A DNA stretch of 64,000 nt, taken from NCBI RefSeq assembly GCF_009914755.1, contig NC_060926.1, one strand, 5' to 3'. A program made the translations under genes and the position numbers. The stretch is from the human T2T-CHM13v2.0 reference genome, Homo sapiens. This document shows, one piece after another, positions 49,780 through 62,465 of this stretch. Position 1 is the first letter of the stretch. Every line of letters starts with the position of its first letter. The notes below the pieces were generated by a model. The model was given only the letters and a program-made list of their open reading frames with translations, was not told where the DNA came from and searched no databases.

Positions 49780-50760
49780 CCAAAAGAACTGCGCCTACTC
49801 CCACTGCGCATATGAGCGCTTCCTTCGCGGATCAGGGGTTGGCAGCCTTACACCAGGAACGCACCTGGGCGCAGCCTCGATCCCACAGGGTCCAGGTGCA
49901 GAGGCACCGGGATGCACGCAACACCTTTCGACGCAGAGCTGGGGAAGGGGCCAATAGGAATGGATGCTCCGACAGACGAAGCCACGTGGGAACAAGGACG
50001 AGCCCAGGGCAGCTTTTGCTGGAGGTACAGGGGCAGTGTCACAGGGGGCAAGTGGAGTTGCTGGGGAGGATACGATAGCATGTGGGATTTGAAGGTGGGG
50101 AAGATTCCGTTATTTTCCTGAACACCTAACAGTGATGCTGCAGGCTTTCTGGACGGGACGGGACCTCAGACACAATAATCCATTCCGCCGTCGCCACGCA
50201 GTGCCTTTCGACCATTCAGTTTCAGCGCTGGGAGGAAGGAGAGGCGTGCGCTCTTGCTGAAGGTCGCGCGGGGCTCACCGACCGGTTGCCAGGAAGTCTA
50301 CCTCCTCCACGTGGCAATCGCCGCTGCTGCTCGGCTCCCTGCCACGGGGCTGCCCCGACTGTGCCTCCGCAGGTCTCTCTGGTTCTGCCCGCCTTTGTCC
50401 CCTCGCAAGGCATTATCCCTCCCCGCTTCAATCAGGGTCCGGCGGATCGTCTTCACGCCTGATCTTGAGGATGGGAAAGGGAGACAGGATCGTCTTCACG
50501 CCTGATCTTGAGGATGGGAAAGGGAGACAGGCATTTCTTACCTTCTCCTTCCTGACCACTTAAAGCCAAACATATTCCCAGCCGAAGATGAGAGTTGCTA
50601 CCTGAAACGCCAAGTTTGCGAGCAGAAGGCCACTCGAATCCCCGCTTGACCAGGCCTTAGGAGGACGGTAGAGTCCTGGAGAGCTGCCCTGGCGCCGCTG
50701 CAGGGACCTCCGCTGTGTCCCCCAGTCCCTCAAAGCTCTCCTGGGCCGCATTTTCCCCTC
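49780..50760. promoter_or_regulatory. CpG-rich island, putative GPR45 promoter/first exon
   Basis: Non-repeat CpG enrichment; CCAAT at 49951; CACGTG E-boxes at ~49983 and ~50308; NRF1-like TGCGCA at ~49805. Confidence 0.6.
50444..50529. repeat. Perfect 43-bp tandem duplication
   Basis: ggatcgtcttcacgcctgatcttgaggatgggaaagggagaca x2. Confidence 0.97.
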
Positions 50761-51009
50761 TCATGTCTGTCTCACGAGGCCACTCACAGCCTGGCCTCCT
50801 CTCCCCAAGAAAACCTGGCAGGATCTCCCTACTGCACTGGAAACAAAAGCCTGGACGGGAGGTGTATGTGGACCAGGAAGTGCCAGCTTAAATGGAAGGA
50901 AACGGAGGGAACACAGCTCAAAAGCGTAGCCAAGTGGTGCTTTGCTATACTATGTTATCTCTTTTTGCATGTTTGAAATTTAACATAATAAAAAGACTTT
51001 TAAAGTTGG

Positions 51010-51185
51010 CAAAAGAAAAAGGGGAAGAGAACAAAGAAAGATAAAAGAAAGAAATGAGAGAGAAAAAGAAGGAAGGAAAAAAGAGAGAAGTAAGGAAGGA
51101 AAAAAGGAAGGAAGGAAGGAAGGAAGGGAGGGAGGCAGGAATGGAGGGAGGGAGGCAGGAAGGGAGGGAGGGAGGGAGGAAGAAA
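51010..51185. repeat. Polypurine low-complexity tract (GAAA/GGAA/GGGA)n
   Basis: Nearly pure A/G on the + strand. Confidence 0.9.
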
Positions 51186-51218
51186 GGCTTTGGCAGGCCA
51201 GACACTGATACTTCCTAG

Positions 51219-51636
<418 letters not shown>

Positions 51637-52279
51637 TGAAGGTCAGTTTTTAGAAGCCCATTCTTTATCTACTGGGAAAGGAGAACAGAGTGGGATTTTG
51701 TTTGAAATTTGTCTGTACCTCAACTGGTGTAGCTTGGGGGTGGGAGGATGGTTTTTCTTTTCCCTATGCTTGTCAGTGTCACAGACGTGAAGTCATCCTC
51801 CCCAAGCCACCGTCCTCACCACAGAACCATCTTTCTGTTGGAGTCTCAGCTTCCAGTCTCGGCTCCACTGGTCACTACTTTGCTGAACTGGGGCTTGTCG
51901 TGACTGTATCTGAGCTTCCCTTTCATAATTTCCCTGCCTTCTTGCCAGGCGTGAGGATGCAGAGGGAAGGCTTTAGAAAACCTTGCAGTAAACACAATGC
52001 ATGGGTGGCCTCGTGTCCGCTTTGCTGAAAGCGCCTTCTATCTTTTGCGTGGACACAGCTCACTGAAGCCTCTGCCAGAGCACAGCTAGCCACACCATGG
52101 CACACAGCAGCACACAGCCTGGTCACACTTTCCTTAGTTGATTAATCACACTTCAGTCAGAGATGAAGATTTACCTCCTGACACTTGCACAGCCTCCCAG
52201 TTCCAGGGTGAGATCATTTGGAAAGGAACTAAAACAAATACCTTGAAACGGTTCAGTTCCCAGCTCGCTTCTTTCACAG

Positions 52280-52332
52280 CTTTAAATTCATATTGTGGCA
52301 CCCATTTCTCATCGTGAAAGTCGCTGGAGACG
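52280..52332 (+). other. Candidate non-coding 5'UTR exon of GPR45
   Basis: Acceptor ctcgcttctttcacAG| and donor ACG|GTGAGT; no ATG inside. Confidence 0.35.
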
Positions 52333-53502
52333 GTGAGTGCTGTTACTCCAAGAACACCAGCAGAATATTTCTTGTTCACTTGTTACCTTTTACTTAGATC
52401 TTAGTGCCCTAGTCCCTTGTAATAAAAGCACTGTTGATTCAGATATTAACAACAGGACTGTGACCAAAATGCTAAATTAAAATACCTAAGACAGGTTGTT
52501 GTCCAGAAGCCAAAAGAATTTTAATCAGATTCAACCACAAGACATATACATTAAAAAAAATACCTTGCACTATTTGTTCCTTTAATTAAGCATGAAATCA
52601 CTCTCTGTAACTATCATTGTGGGGAAAATCTAAGTTTATAGCATGGAGAGGAATGCAGATGAAGGATTCACTATCGGCTAAGATTGACAGGCACATGGAT
52701 GCACGATACTGTGTTTTTTCTCAGTGGTCCTTTATTCTGTGCTCCAAGAGGAGCTTAATCCATTAGGGCTTCCTACATGCATGTCATGGTTCCTGCCATG
52801 AACAAATTTGCAGTTTAATCCAAGAGACAGAAACCCCTAAACTTGAAACAGTGAGGGAGATGGAGTTAATTTATTAATGCCCTTCTTTTACCAGACATTG
52901 CACATTATATTTACCAACTCTGGAGGTAAATATGTAATTACCTCCATTTCACAGATCAGAAAATTGAGATGAAGAAGGGTCATAATTTTGGTCTGAATGA
53001 GAGATAATTCCCACTTATAAATTAACACACCAGGTTTCTGATTTTTATAGCTCAGAAAAAGTTTGGATACTGGTGCCCACCACTGAGAGATGAACCCATT
53101 CTGGGTGTGTTTGGGAAGGAAGACCAAGGATTGGTTGGGTCTAAACTGAAGTATAGCATCACCAAGACACTGCCACTCCCAGGTCCTCTAAGCCTGCTCT
53201 GAGGCCTCCTGGCTTCTTACATTGCCCACATTCCTCTCAGTGTGAGTTATCTGTAACAATGACCACAAGGAATTTAGAAAAGAGAAATTTCTTACAAGAA
53301 GAGGTGCATCCAACAGCCAGATGTCCAGGGTGGATAAATGGCGCAGGCTGGATTTCCCCCAGCCCAGGCGATGTGACTTCAGACCTGAGCTACTGAACAC
53401 ACTCTTGCCACATCAGTGAGACAAAATTAAAATTATATTTATCTTTTTGAAAGTGAAAGCAAGTTTATCAAGAATGTAAGGAATAAAAGCTCATTTCATT
53501 TA

Positions 53503-53854
<352 letters not shown>

Positions 53855-54684
53855 TAATAGTATAGCAGCCCCACAGTTATCCAAGATGTTACCATTAGGG
53901 AAAACTGGGTGAAGGACACACAGAATTTCACCATAGTATTTATTATTATAACTCCATGTGAATTTACACTTATCCATGTGAATTTACACTTATCAAATAA
54001 AGTTAAACAAACAGACTTACAATTTCTTTTAAAAAATTAAAACTTAAAAATGTATACTTAAAATTTGCTAAGAGGGCAGATCTTAGGTGAAGTATTCTTA
54101 CCACCAAAACAAAATGATAATACTAGAAAAATGGCAGGAGAGAGCTTTGGCAGGGGGAGTGGGATATGTTTTTGGCCTTGGTGGTGATGGGTTTCTGGTA
54201 TATTGAGATGTAAATTTGTACAGCTTTTGACATGTCAGTCATTCCTCGATGAAGTGGGGTTTTTTAAAGCTAAACAAATATTATAGCAGCAGCATCAACT
54301 ATCACTTATTCATCTACTCAACAAGCATCCAAGTGTCCTCAACAAGGACACTTACTGCATGCCAGCCACTGTTGTCAGTACTGGGAGATAGCAGAGAATG
54401 AAACAAGCAAAACCTTTCTCTTGTGGAGCAGGATTCTAACGTTAGTTGGCTAGACCAAGGCTTCATTCCGACAGGTTGCTGAAAACTCAAGTTATTACAT
54501 AAACACTAACTACAAAGTGTACTTCCTCAGTTTCCTCAGAAGATAGCTGATTAGGTTTTTCTGGGCTGCTTGACAAGACTCAGACAGTATTTGTGAATAT
54601 CAAGCTTTGTCCCACGTGGTAAATAAACTTGTTTAGAAACACCTGTAAAGCTTAAACGCGTGCTTTCTTCAACGCGTTTGGAAA

Positions 54685-54730
54685 CTCTAACCCCCTTCTC
54701 TTTTGTACTTTTGCTTGCTGTCCACTACAG
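54685..54730 (+). promoter_or_regulatory. Strong 3' splice site upstream of the GPR45 CDS
   Basis: Branch-point CTCTAAC (54685-54691), long pyrimidine tract, TACAG ending at 54730. Confidence 0.55.
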
Positions 54731-54975
54731 AGGGTCCAAGCACGAAGCTGTGCACAGAGTCGCTCTCCACAGAGATGCTTAGGATGTGATCCATGAATCG
54801 CAAATCCCAGCTAGTGCTCACAAAGACGGACATTTCTCCCCAAGACCATTCCAGTGCCCCAGAGGTCCACAGACATCCAGGAAGATGCAGCCAGCAGACA
54901 AAGAATGGCAGCCACCCAAGTGCTGAGGGGAGCCCTCCCGGCCATTTCTGTCCCAGCTCCAAGGGTCTCTCCACG

Positions 54976-56094
54976 ATGGCCTGCAACAGCACGTCCCTTG
55001 AGGCTTACACATACCTGCTGCTGAACACCAGCAACGCCTCAGACTCGGGGTCCACCCAGTTGCCCGCACCCCTCAGGATCTCCTTGGCCATAGTGATGCT
55101 GCTGATGACCGTGGTGGGGTTCCTGGGCAACACTGTGGTCTGCATCATCGTGTACCAGAGGCCGGCTATGCGCTCGGCCATCAACCTGCTGCTGGCCACC
55201 CTGGCCTTCTCCGACATCATGCTGTCCCTCTGCTGCATGCCCTTCACCGCCGTCACCCTCATCACCGTGCGCTGGCACTTTGGGGACCACTTCTGCCGCC
55301 TCTCAGCCACGCTCTACTGGTTTTTTGTCCTGGAGGGCGTGGCCATCCTGCTCATCATCAGCGTGGACCGCTTCCTCATCATCGTCCAGCGCCAGGACAA
55401 GCTGAACCCGCGCAGGGCCAAGGTGATCATCGCGGTCTCCTGGGTGCTGTCCTTCTGCATCGCGGGGCCCTCGCTCACGGGCTGGACGCTGGTGGAGGTG
55501 CCGGCGCGGGCCCCACAGTGCGTGCTGGGCTACACGGAGCTCCCCGCTGACCGCGCCTACGTGGTCACCTTGGTGGTGGCCGTGTTCTTCGCGCCCTTTG
55601 GCGTCATGCTGTGCGCCTACATGTGCATCCTCAACACGGTCCGCAAGAACGCCGTGCGCGTGCACAACCAGTCGGACAGCCTGGACCTGCGGCAGCTCAC
55701 CAGGGCGGGCCTGCGGCGCCTGCAGCGGCAGCAACAGGTCAGCGTGGACTTGAGCTTCAAGACCAAGGCCTTCACCACCATCCTGATCCTCTTCGTGGGC
55801 TTCTCCCTCTGCTGGCTGCCCCACTCCGTCTACAGCCTCCTGTCTGTGTTTAGCCAGCGCTTTTACTGCGGTTCCTCCTTCTACGCCACCAGCACCTGCG
55901 TCCTGTGGCTCAGTTACCTCAAGTCCGTCTTCAACCCCATCGTCTACTGCTGGAGAATCAAAAAATTCCGCGAGGCCTGCATAGAGTTGCTGCCCCAGAC
56001 CTTCCAAATCCTCCCCAAAGTGCCTGAGCGGATCCGAAGGAGAATCCAGCCAAGCACAGTCTACGTGTGCAATGAAAACCAGTCTGCGGTTTAG
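54976..56094 (+). CDS. GPR45: G protein-coupled receptor 45 (class A orphan GPCR), 372 aa, uninterrupted CDS
   Basis: MACNSTSLEAYTYLLLNTS... recognised; 7 hydrophobic segments; GN (TM1), LAFSD (TM2), DRF, CWLP, NPIVY; N-glycosylation sequons at the N-terminus; acgATGG Kozak. Confidence 0.97.
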   Translation: MACNSTSLEAYTYLLLNTSNASDSGSTQLPAPLRISLAIVMLLMTVVGFLGNTVVCIIVYQRPAMRSAINLLLATLAFSDIMLSLCCMPFTAVTLITVRWHFGDHFCRLSATLYWFFVLEGVAILLIISVDRFLIIVQRQDKLNPRRAKVIIAVSWVLSFCIAGPSLTGWTLVEVPARAPQCVLGYTELPADRAYVVTLVVAVFFAPFGVMLCAYMCILNTVRKNAVRVHNQSDSLDLRQLTRAGLRRLQRQQQVSVDLSFKTKAFTTILILFVGFSLCWLPHSVYSLLSVFSQRFYCGSSFYATSTCVLWLSYLKSVFNPIVYCWRIKKFREACIELLPQTFQILPKVPERIRRRIQPSTVYVCNENQSAV

Positions 56095-58429
56095 GGGGTC
56101 AGGGGGCCACAGAGAAGGGGCAGCTGAGCCCCAGTCCCAGGGTGGATCTGTCCTGCTCTGTTCCCTGGCATGTTGGTCATAGTCTGCACTTTGTGGTGGC
56201 AATTTAAGCACAAAGGTACTCATTTGTAATCAGATGAGCTGCAGCTCCCAAATTTCAAATTTTGGCACGATGAATTATTTTTGTTTCTCTTTGCAGAGAG
56301 CCAAATATGGGGCTGATGGGAACTGCAACGTCATTAAGTCAAAAATGGAGTGGGCTGGGGAGTGCAGAAGTTGGGCAGAAAGGGAGGAGGAGGGCAACAG
56401 GGAATGAAGCTGGTTGAGTGTGGGGCAGGAGGACTGGTCAGTCACAAGAGCTTCAACCTGCCCTGCGAGCCCTCTCTGCACCTGCTCAAGAGAAACCCTG
56501 AGAAACCCCAGTAGGTGTGAGCTCCTGGGTGTTCATTCATTTTGTTTGACACCAGGGTTCTTCAGCTATTGATGTTTGTGGTGTGTGGGGACTCACATGA
56601 GGTTCTTTATGTTGATCAGATGTGCATTTCTTCCCATGCCTAAGTATCTTTTCTAGAAAGAAACCAAAATCACACGGGGAAGCAGAGTGAGCCTCTGTGC
56701 TTTGAGCTCCCTGCAATGACGCATGGGAGGCCTCAGAGGCTTGAAGCCCAGAGAAGGTCCTGGGCAGCCCAGCTGAAGTGAGAAGCACATCCGGGAACTC
56801 CTGCATGTCCCCAGCGCCCCCCACCTGCTGGGCCCACCCCGTCCCTGCACCCTGAGGCCACTAGGCCTCCCTGTCTGCTGGAGAGCCCCTTGGCCCTTCC
56901 CTCTTTCCTCCACCCCTCTCCCTGCCTCCCTTCGTTTTCCTCCCATCCATATCCAGTGTGCTATAGCTCACCCGCTGAGCAAGCATCTGTAGTGACCTGC
57001 TTTCAGTGTCAGCAGTGAGCAGGCTGGGCTTAGTTTACACATTTCCTTTGGACACCCTGGAGCTCCAGAGCCCTTCAACCCACCAAATCCACTTCAGCAC
57101 TGGACCCGCTGCAGGTGCCACACCAACGAGCCCAATTCTCGGGGTCCCCACTGGTCTCTGTGTTCCTCCTACCTCATTCAGATCCACTGCTGCCATCCTG
57201 TTTACCTACTGGGACCAGATCCCAGAAGTGAAGTTGCCCAAAGGGGGCTTCTCTGCTTGTGCTCTATTCGGCCACCACCAGGGGTCCCCACACTGGCATA
57301 TGAGGGTCCTGAGTCCAGGGCATAGCACTGAGCCCACTGAGCTCTCTTTATTGTTCCAGATCTGAAGAGGGTGGGAAATTTAAGGAGAGATTTAGAAAAT
57401 CTGATTCCAGGTCTGACTCTATCAGGAACTAGTCATTTGACCTTGATCGTTTCTCATTTCTGTGGGCCTCAGTTTCCCCATATGCCAAATGAGGAAGCAG
57501 ATCTAGATGATTTCCAATGTCCCCTTTCATCTCTCAAACACTCTGATTCTGAAATGTGTGTTTTCTGTCTGTAGTCATCAGATCCCCTGCATTCATTTAT
57601 TCATCCATGCAAAGAGCATGCATTAAGTGCCTACTAGGTGTAAGGCACTGTGCGGGAGATAGTGATGAATGAGGCATCATAGGCCATGCCCAAAAGCAGT
57701 TGTCTGATTTATCTCAGGATCATGGTAACTCAAATTCAGCCTAAGAGCACAGAAGCCCCATTTTTGCTTCACTTCCCGTTTCTTTCTAAACTGCATTAAG
57801 AGCCAGCTCCTCCTTCTCATACTTTCTTCCCGCAGTAGTGGTAACATGGGCAGAGAAGAAAGGGGGGTGAAAGGGAAAACATCATTTCTCTTAACCCTCC
57901 TCTTCAGCCCAGAGGAGGGTTAAGAAGATAACTGACACTTGTTCCCCCTCACCTCCCTCCCTGTTTATACCCAGATGGAGAGAGAGGGAGAAGATGAGCA
58001 ATTGATGTGTGACCGACGGAGGTGGGTTCCATCAATTCTGTGTCCCCAGGTCCCCCAGCAAGGTGGGGATTTGCCTTCAGCTCCATGGAGCAGGGCTCTA
58101 GGGCCTCAGTAGTGCCCAACAGCACAGCCAAGTCACCAAGGGGACCAAGCCCATGGGCACCTCCCCTCTGGTGGGCATTTCAGATAATTTTCTTCAGGAG
58201 CCTTGAACAAAAGGGAAATCACAACTGAATAAATGAAGGTACCAAAATTTACATCAATCAGTGTTATATGATGTATGTTGGACAGTAATATATATGTTTC
58301 AAAGTAATAATTTTGTATATATTTTAAATAAAGTATTATTGCTCTTTCGGTGTATAAGCCTAAGTTCTTGCCAAAATTTGCACCAAGACCATACATATTA
58401 AGCCCAGGATCCAATACCCAATACTCCTA

Positions 58430-58780
58430 TATCAGTTTGTTCAGACTGCTGTAACAAAATGTGTTAGATTGGGTAATTTATAAACAACAGAAACTTATTT
58501 CTTCCAGTTCTGGATGCTGGGAAGTCCAGGATAAAGGTTTAGGTAGATTCAGTGTCTGGTGAGGGTTCCTGCTCTGCTTCTTAGGTGACGCCTTGTTGCT
58601 GTGTCCTCGCATGGCAGAAAGGGAAGGGGCACTCCCTCAAGCCTCTTTTCAGGGGCACCAATCTCATTCACCTCCCAAAGGCCCCATCTCTTAATACTAT
58701 CACATTGAGTATTAGTTTCCAACACATGAGCTTTGGAGACACCAATATTCAGGCCATAGTGATGCCTGAATAAGACAAAA
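58430..58780 (-). mobile_element. MLT1A/MST-type LTR
   Basis: gactgctgtaacaaaat...ttataaacaacagaaacttattt...ggtgagggttcct...caacacatgag. Confidence 0.8.
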
Positions 58781-59084
58781 GACTTCAGGAAGTCTAGAGC
58801 CTGAAAGTTAGTAGCAAAGCTGGAAAGACTAAAGATAAGATGACAACTGGGAGACTGTTGCAATAACATGGGTCACAGCTGGGTGCCCAGGTGTTTTGTT
58901 TTGGTTTTATTAGGATGCTGCTAAATCACTCCAGCCAGTTAGTCTTCTCTGACTTGCAGTGTGCCACTTTCATAATCCTATCTGGCCTTACTTGAACCTT
59001 TAACGAACGTTGATTTCCTAAGATACCAAGATATCTGGTTCTGGTCTCCTTCCCTGAGACTCGCAGGATCAGCACTGCTTGATT

Positions 59085-59363
<279 letters not shown>

Positions 59364-60261
59364 CCATTGATTTATTATTATTATTATTATTTTGCATCTT
59401 CTCTCTAGTCCTATGGTTCACCCAAACCCTGGACTCTGTGTGAAGTCTGGGCAGCTTCACAGCTAAATTGTCTTTGTAGGGCCTTATGCAAGAGCTGGAA
59501 ACTGGCTGACCATGATAATAACCCTGGAGGCAGACACGGGATCCTTGGGAGATTCTTGCCTTAAAAATGAGACACAAGGAAGTCTCAGAAGTGTCCTCCT
59601 ATTTGTAACTACTCCTGCAAATCTGCCACCTTTTCATCTTGAATTGTAGTCCCCAAGGTCAGGGTGAAACAAAATCAAAGGTTCCCTAGGATGTTCTGAT
59701 GACCAAGATGAGCAGCAAATACCTAGATCAATTCTTACTTTGCCATTCTGAGCCCTGGGTGTATTTTCCCTGCACACAAGTCATGGTGAGTGCTTTTTTT
59801 TTGGACTAAAAATACCTTCTGCGTTAAGTATTTTCAACACTGCTCAGCTCCCTTGTTCATGTAGTTGGGAACTTTGGTCCCAGAACCCTCACAGTTGCAG
59901 GAGTGCCCAGTGCTCAGTTTCTGCTCTTATGGAAACACAGGGGATGTGGAGTATGTGCTTGAAACAGGACAGTCTGAACCCCAGGGTACCTCGCTCTCTG
60001 TGGGTTTCTGGGCAAGTGACACGGCATTCCTGTATCCCACCTGCCTCATCTCTGAAATGGCAGAAATACTCCCAGCCAGAAGACCACGGTGAGGAATAAA
60101 AAATATCATACATGTAAAAGATCTAGTCCAAGGCTGAGTCCATGGTAGATGCTGAAGACACAGAGGCATTAGAGTTGCACTGTCAACCTGCTGATAGCCA
60201 AGGTTTGTTCTTTTTGGGCAAGGGTGGAAAGTTCTTTGAGAAAATGGCTATTTGGTCATTC

Positions 60262-61370
60262 TGGAAAAAAACAAAAAACAACAAAAAAGCAAGCAACTCT
60301 CTAGTGGAAAGCAGCTGGGTGTCCTGTAATTCAATTCAATACTGACACTACCTACCTGGAGTTAGAGTCAGATCCCACAGGTTGAGGGCTCGGTCCCACA
60401 AGACTACCACCCCCATTTCAGATGCCAACCACAAGTAGTTGGTCACCTGTGCTCCTGGCCCACAGGCTATAAATGGGAGTTTCTCACAACCCCTTTCTCA
60501 GGTTTGATTAATTTGCTGAAGTTGCTCATAGAACTCAGGGAAGAACTTTATTTATGTTTACCCATGTATTACTGTATTACTCTGTTCTCATGCTGCTAAT
60601 AAAGACATACCCAAGACTGGGTAATTTATAAAGGAATGAGGTTTAATTGACTCACAGTTCCACATGTCTAGGGAGGCCTCACAATCACGGCGAAAGGCAA
60701 ATGAGGAGTAAAGGCACGTCTTACATGGTGGCAGGCAAAGAGCTTGTGCAGGGGAACTCGACTTTATAAAACCATCAGATCTCATGAGACTTATTCACTA
60801 CCATGAGAATAGTATGGGGGAAACCATCCCCATGATTCAATTATCTCCACCTGGCCCTACCCTTGACACGTGGGGATTATTACAATTCAAGGTGAGATTT
60901 GGGTGGGGACAAAGCCAAACCACATTAATTACAAAGCTATTACAAGGGATACAGGGCAAGGCATGTGGGAAGGGATGTGGAGCTTCCACGCCCTCTCCCA
61001 GATCACCACCAGGGACCTCCACACGTTCAGCTACTCAGAAGCCCATCTGAACCTAGACCTTTTCAGGTTTTATGGAGGATTTATTCCATAGGCATGACTG
61101 ATTACATCACTGGCCATTGTTGATCAACTCAACCTTAGCCCCTCTCCCCTCTTCCTTCTCATGAGATTTTGGGGGTGGAGTGAAAGTCCCAACCCTCTAA
61201 TCCTGCCACAGTCTTTGTAGTGATCAGCCCTCCTCCTGAAGCCACCTAGGGGTCCCCAGCCACCAGTCATCTCATTAGAATACAACAGACACTCTTACCA
61301 CTCTGTAGATACTAAGGCCAGGAACCAGGGGCAGAGACCAAATATATAATATATTATATCACAATATCAC
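60262..61370 (-). mobile_element. MER21-type LTR split by THE1
   Basis: cagctgggtgtcct...tcagatcccacaggttgagggctc...gaactcaggga...ggagcttccacgccctctcc...aatatcaca. Confidence 0.7.
60573..60927 (-). mobile_element. THE1B/C solo LTR
   Basis: tgtattac...gccaaaccacatta; perfect 5-bp TSD ATTAC. Confidence 0.9.
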
Positions 61371-61689
61371 AGACTCGTTCCTCATCCTCATGTGGTCTAG
61401 GATTTCAGGGTTGAGTTGACACTAACACCACATCCACAGAAGCCAGGAGCATGAGTTTGGCTTTAAAGAGCAAAATTCTACTTGCTGGCCTCAACTGCAC
61501 CACTTCACTCCATTCAAAACTCTCCCTAGGTTGTAAGCTGACCTCACAGGGATGCACAGAGGGATGAGATGGATGTATGATGCAACCCATTCCCATGCCT
61601 AGAAAACACAGCCTCTGGTGCACATCACTGCTCTCAGGGCTGTTCTGAGGTCCCCAGGGCACTGTGGAGCCTGTCTGGGAATGCAGAGA

Positions 61690-62465
61690 GGCAAGAGGAG
61701 GGTGGAGGCAGATTGGGTAAAAGGCTGCTGTCACAAAGACAGCCAACACTAAGGGCCTGAAACAGACAAACTTTGTTTCCCTCCAATTAATAGCCCAGGC
61801 AGCCAGGTGGGTGCTCTGCTCTGTATGGTTGTTTAGGATGCAGTTGCCTTCCATCTAGTTTCCCACTGTCCCCGGGGCACTGTCCTTATCTTTATGGTCA
61901 CTCTGGGCTGCAGCCACTTCCATGTTCCGGCTCATGAGGAGGGGGAAGAGGAGGGGGAGCATGTGCAATAAGACACCCCACACTCCACCCTGGTCTTCCA
62001 CCACCAAGAGTGGAGGCTGCTGGCCACACCTAGCTGCAAAGGAGCCTGGGAAATGGAGTCCCTCATCGGGAGGCCGTCTGCCCAGCTGCAACCTACTGTG
62101 GAAGAAGATGGGAGCTGGGTGCAGTGGCTCACATCTATAAGGACAGCACTTTGGGAGTCCTAGGCAGGAGGATAGCTTAAGCCCAAGAGTTCAGTTAAAG
62201 ATCAGCCTAAGCAACATAGTGCAGACCCTGTCTCTACAAAAAAATACAAAAATTAGCCAAACGTGGTGGTTCACACCTGCAGTCCCAGCTACTCAGGAGG
62301 CTGAGGCAGGAGGATTACTTGAGCCTAGGAGGTCAAGGCTGCAGTGAGCCATGATGGCGCCATTGCACTCCAGCCTGGGCAACAGAGAGAAACTCTATCA
62401 AAAAAAAAAAAAAAAAAAAAAAAGACGGGAAGGATTTGGTGGACACCTGGCAGTGTCTGCCAAAA
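61690..62465 (-). mobile_element. Old MLT1 (I/J/K-like) LTR split by AluJ (62113-62423)
   Basis: ggctgctgtcacaaagac...tggccacacctagctgcaaaggagcctgggaaatg; Alu TSD aagatggga/aagacggga. Confidence 0.65.

Noticed and set aside
53953-53992. Perfect 20-bp tandem duplication
   Set aside because: Common micro-duplication in an old L1 fragment; no functional cue.
55303-56223. 306-aa antisense ORF over GPR45
   Set aside because: Shadow frame expected from a GC3-rich CDS; no recognisable domain.
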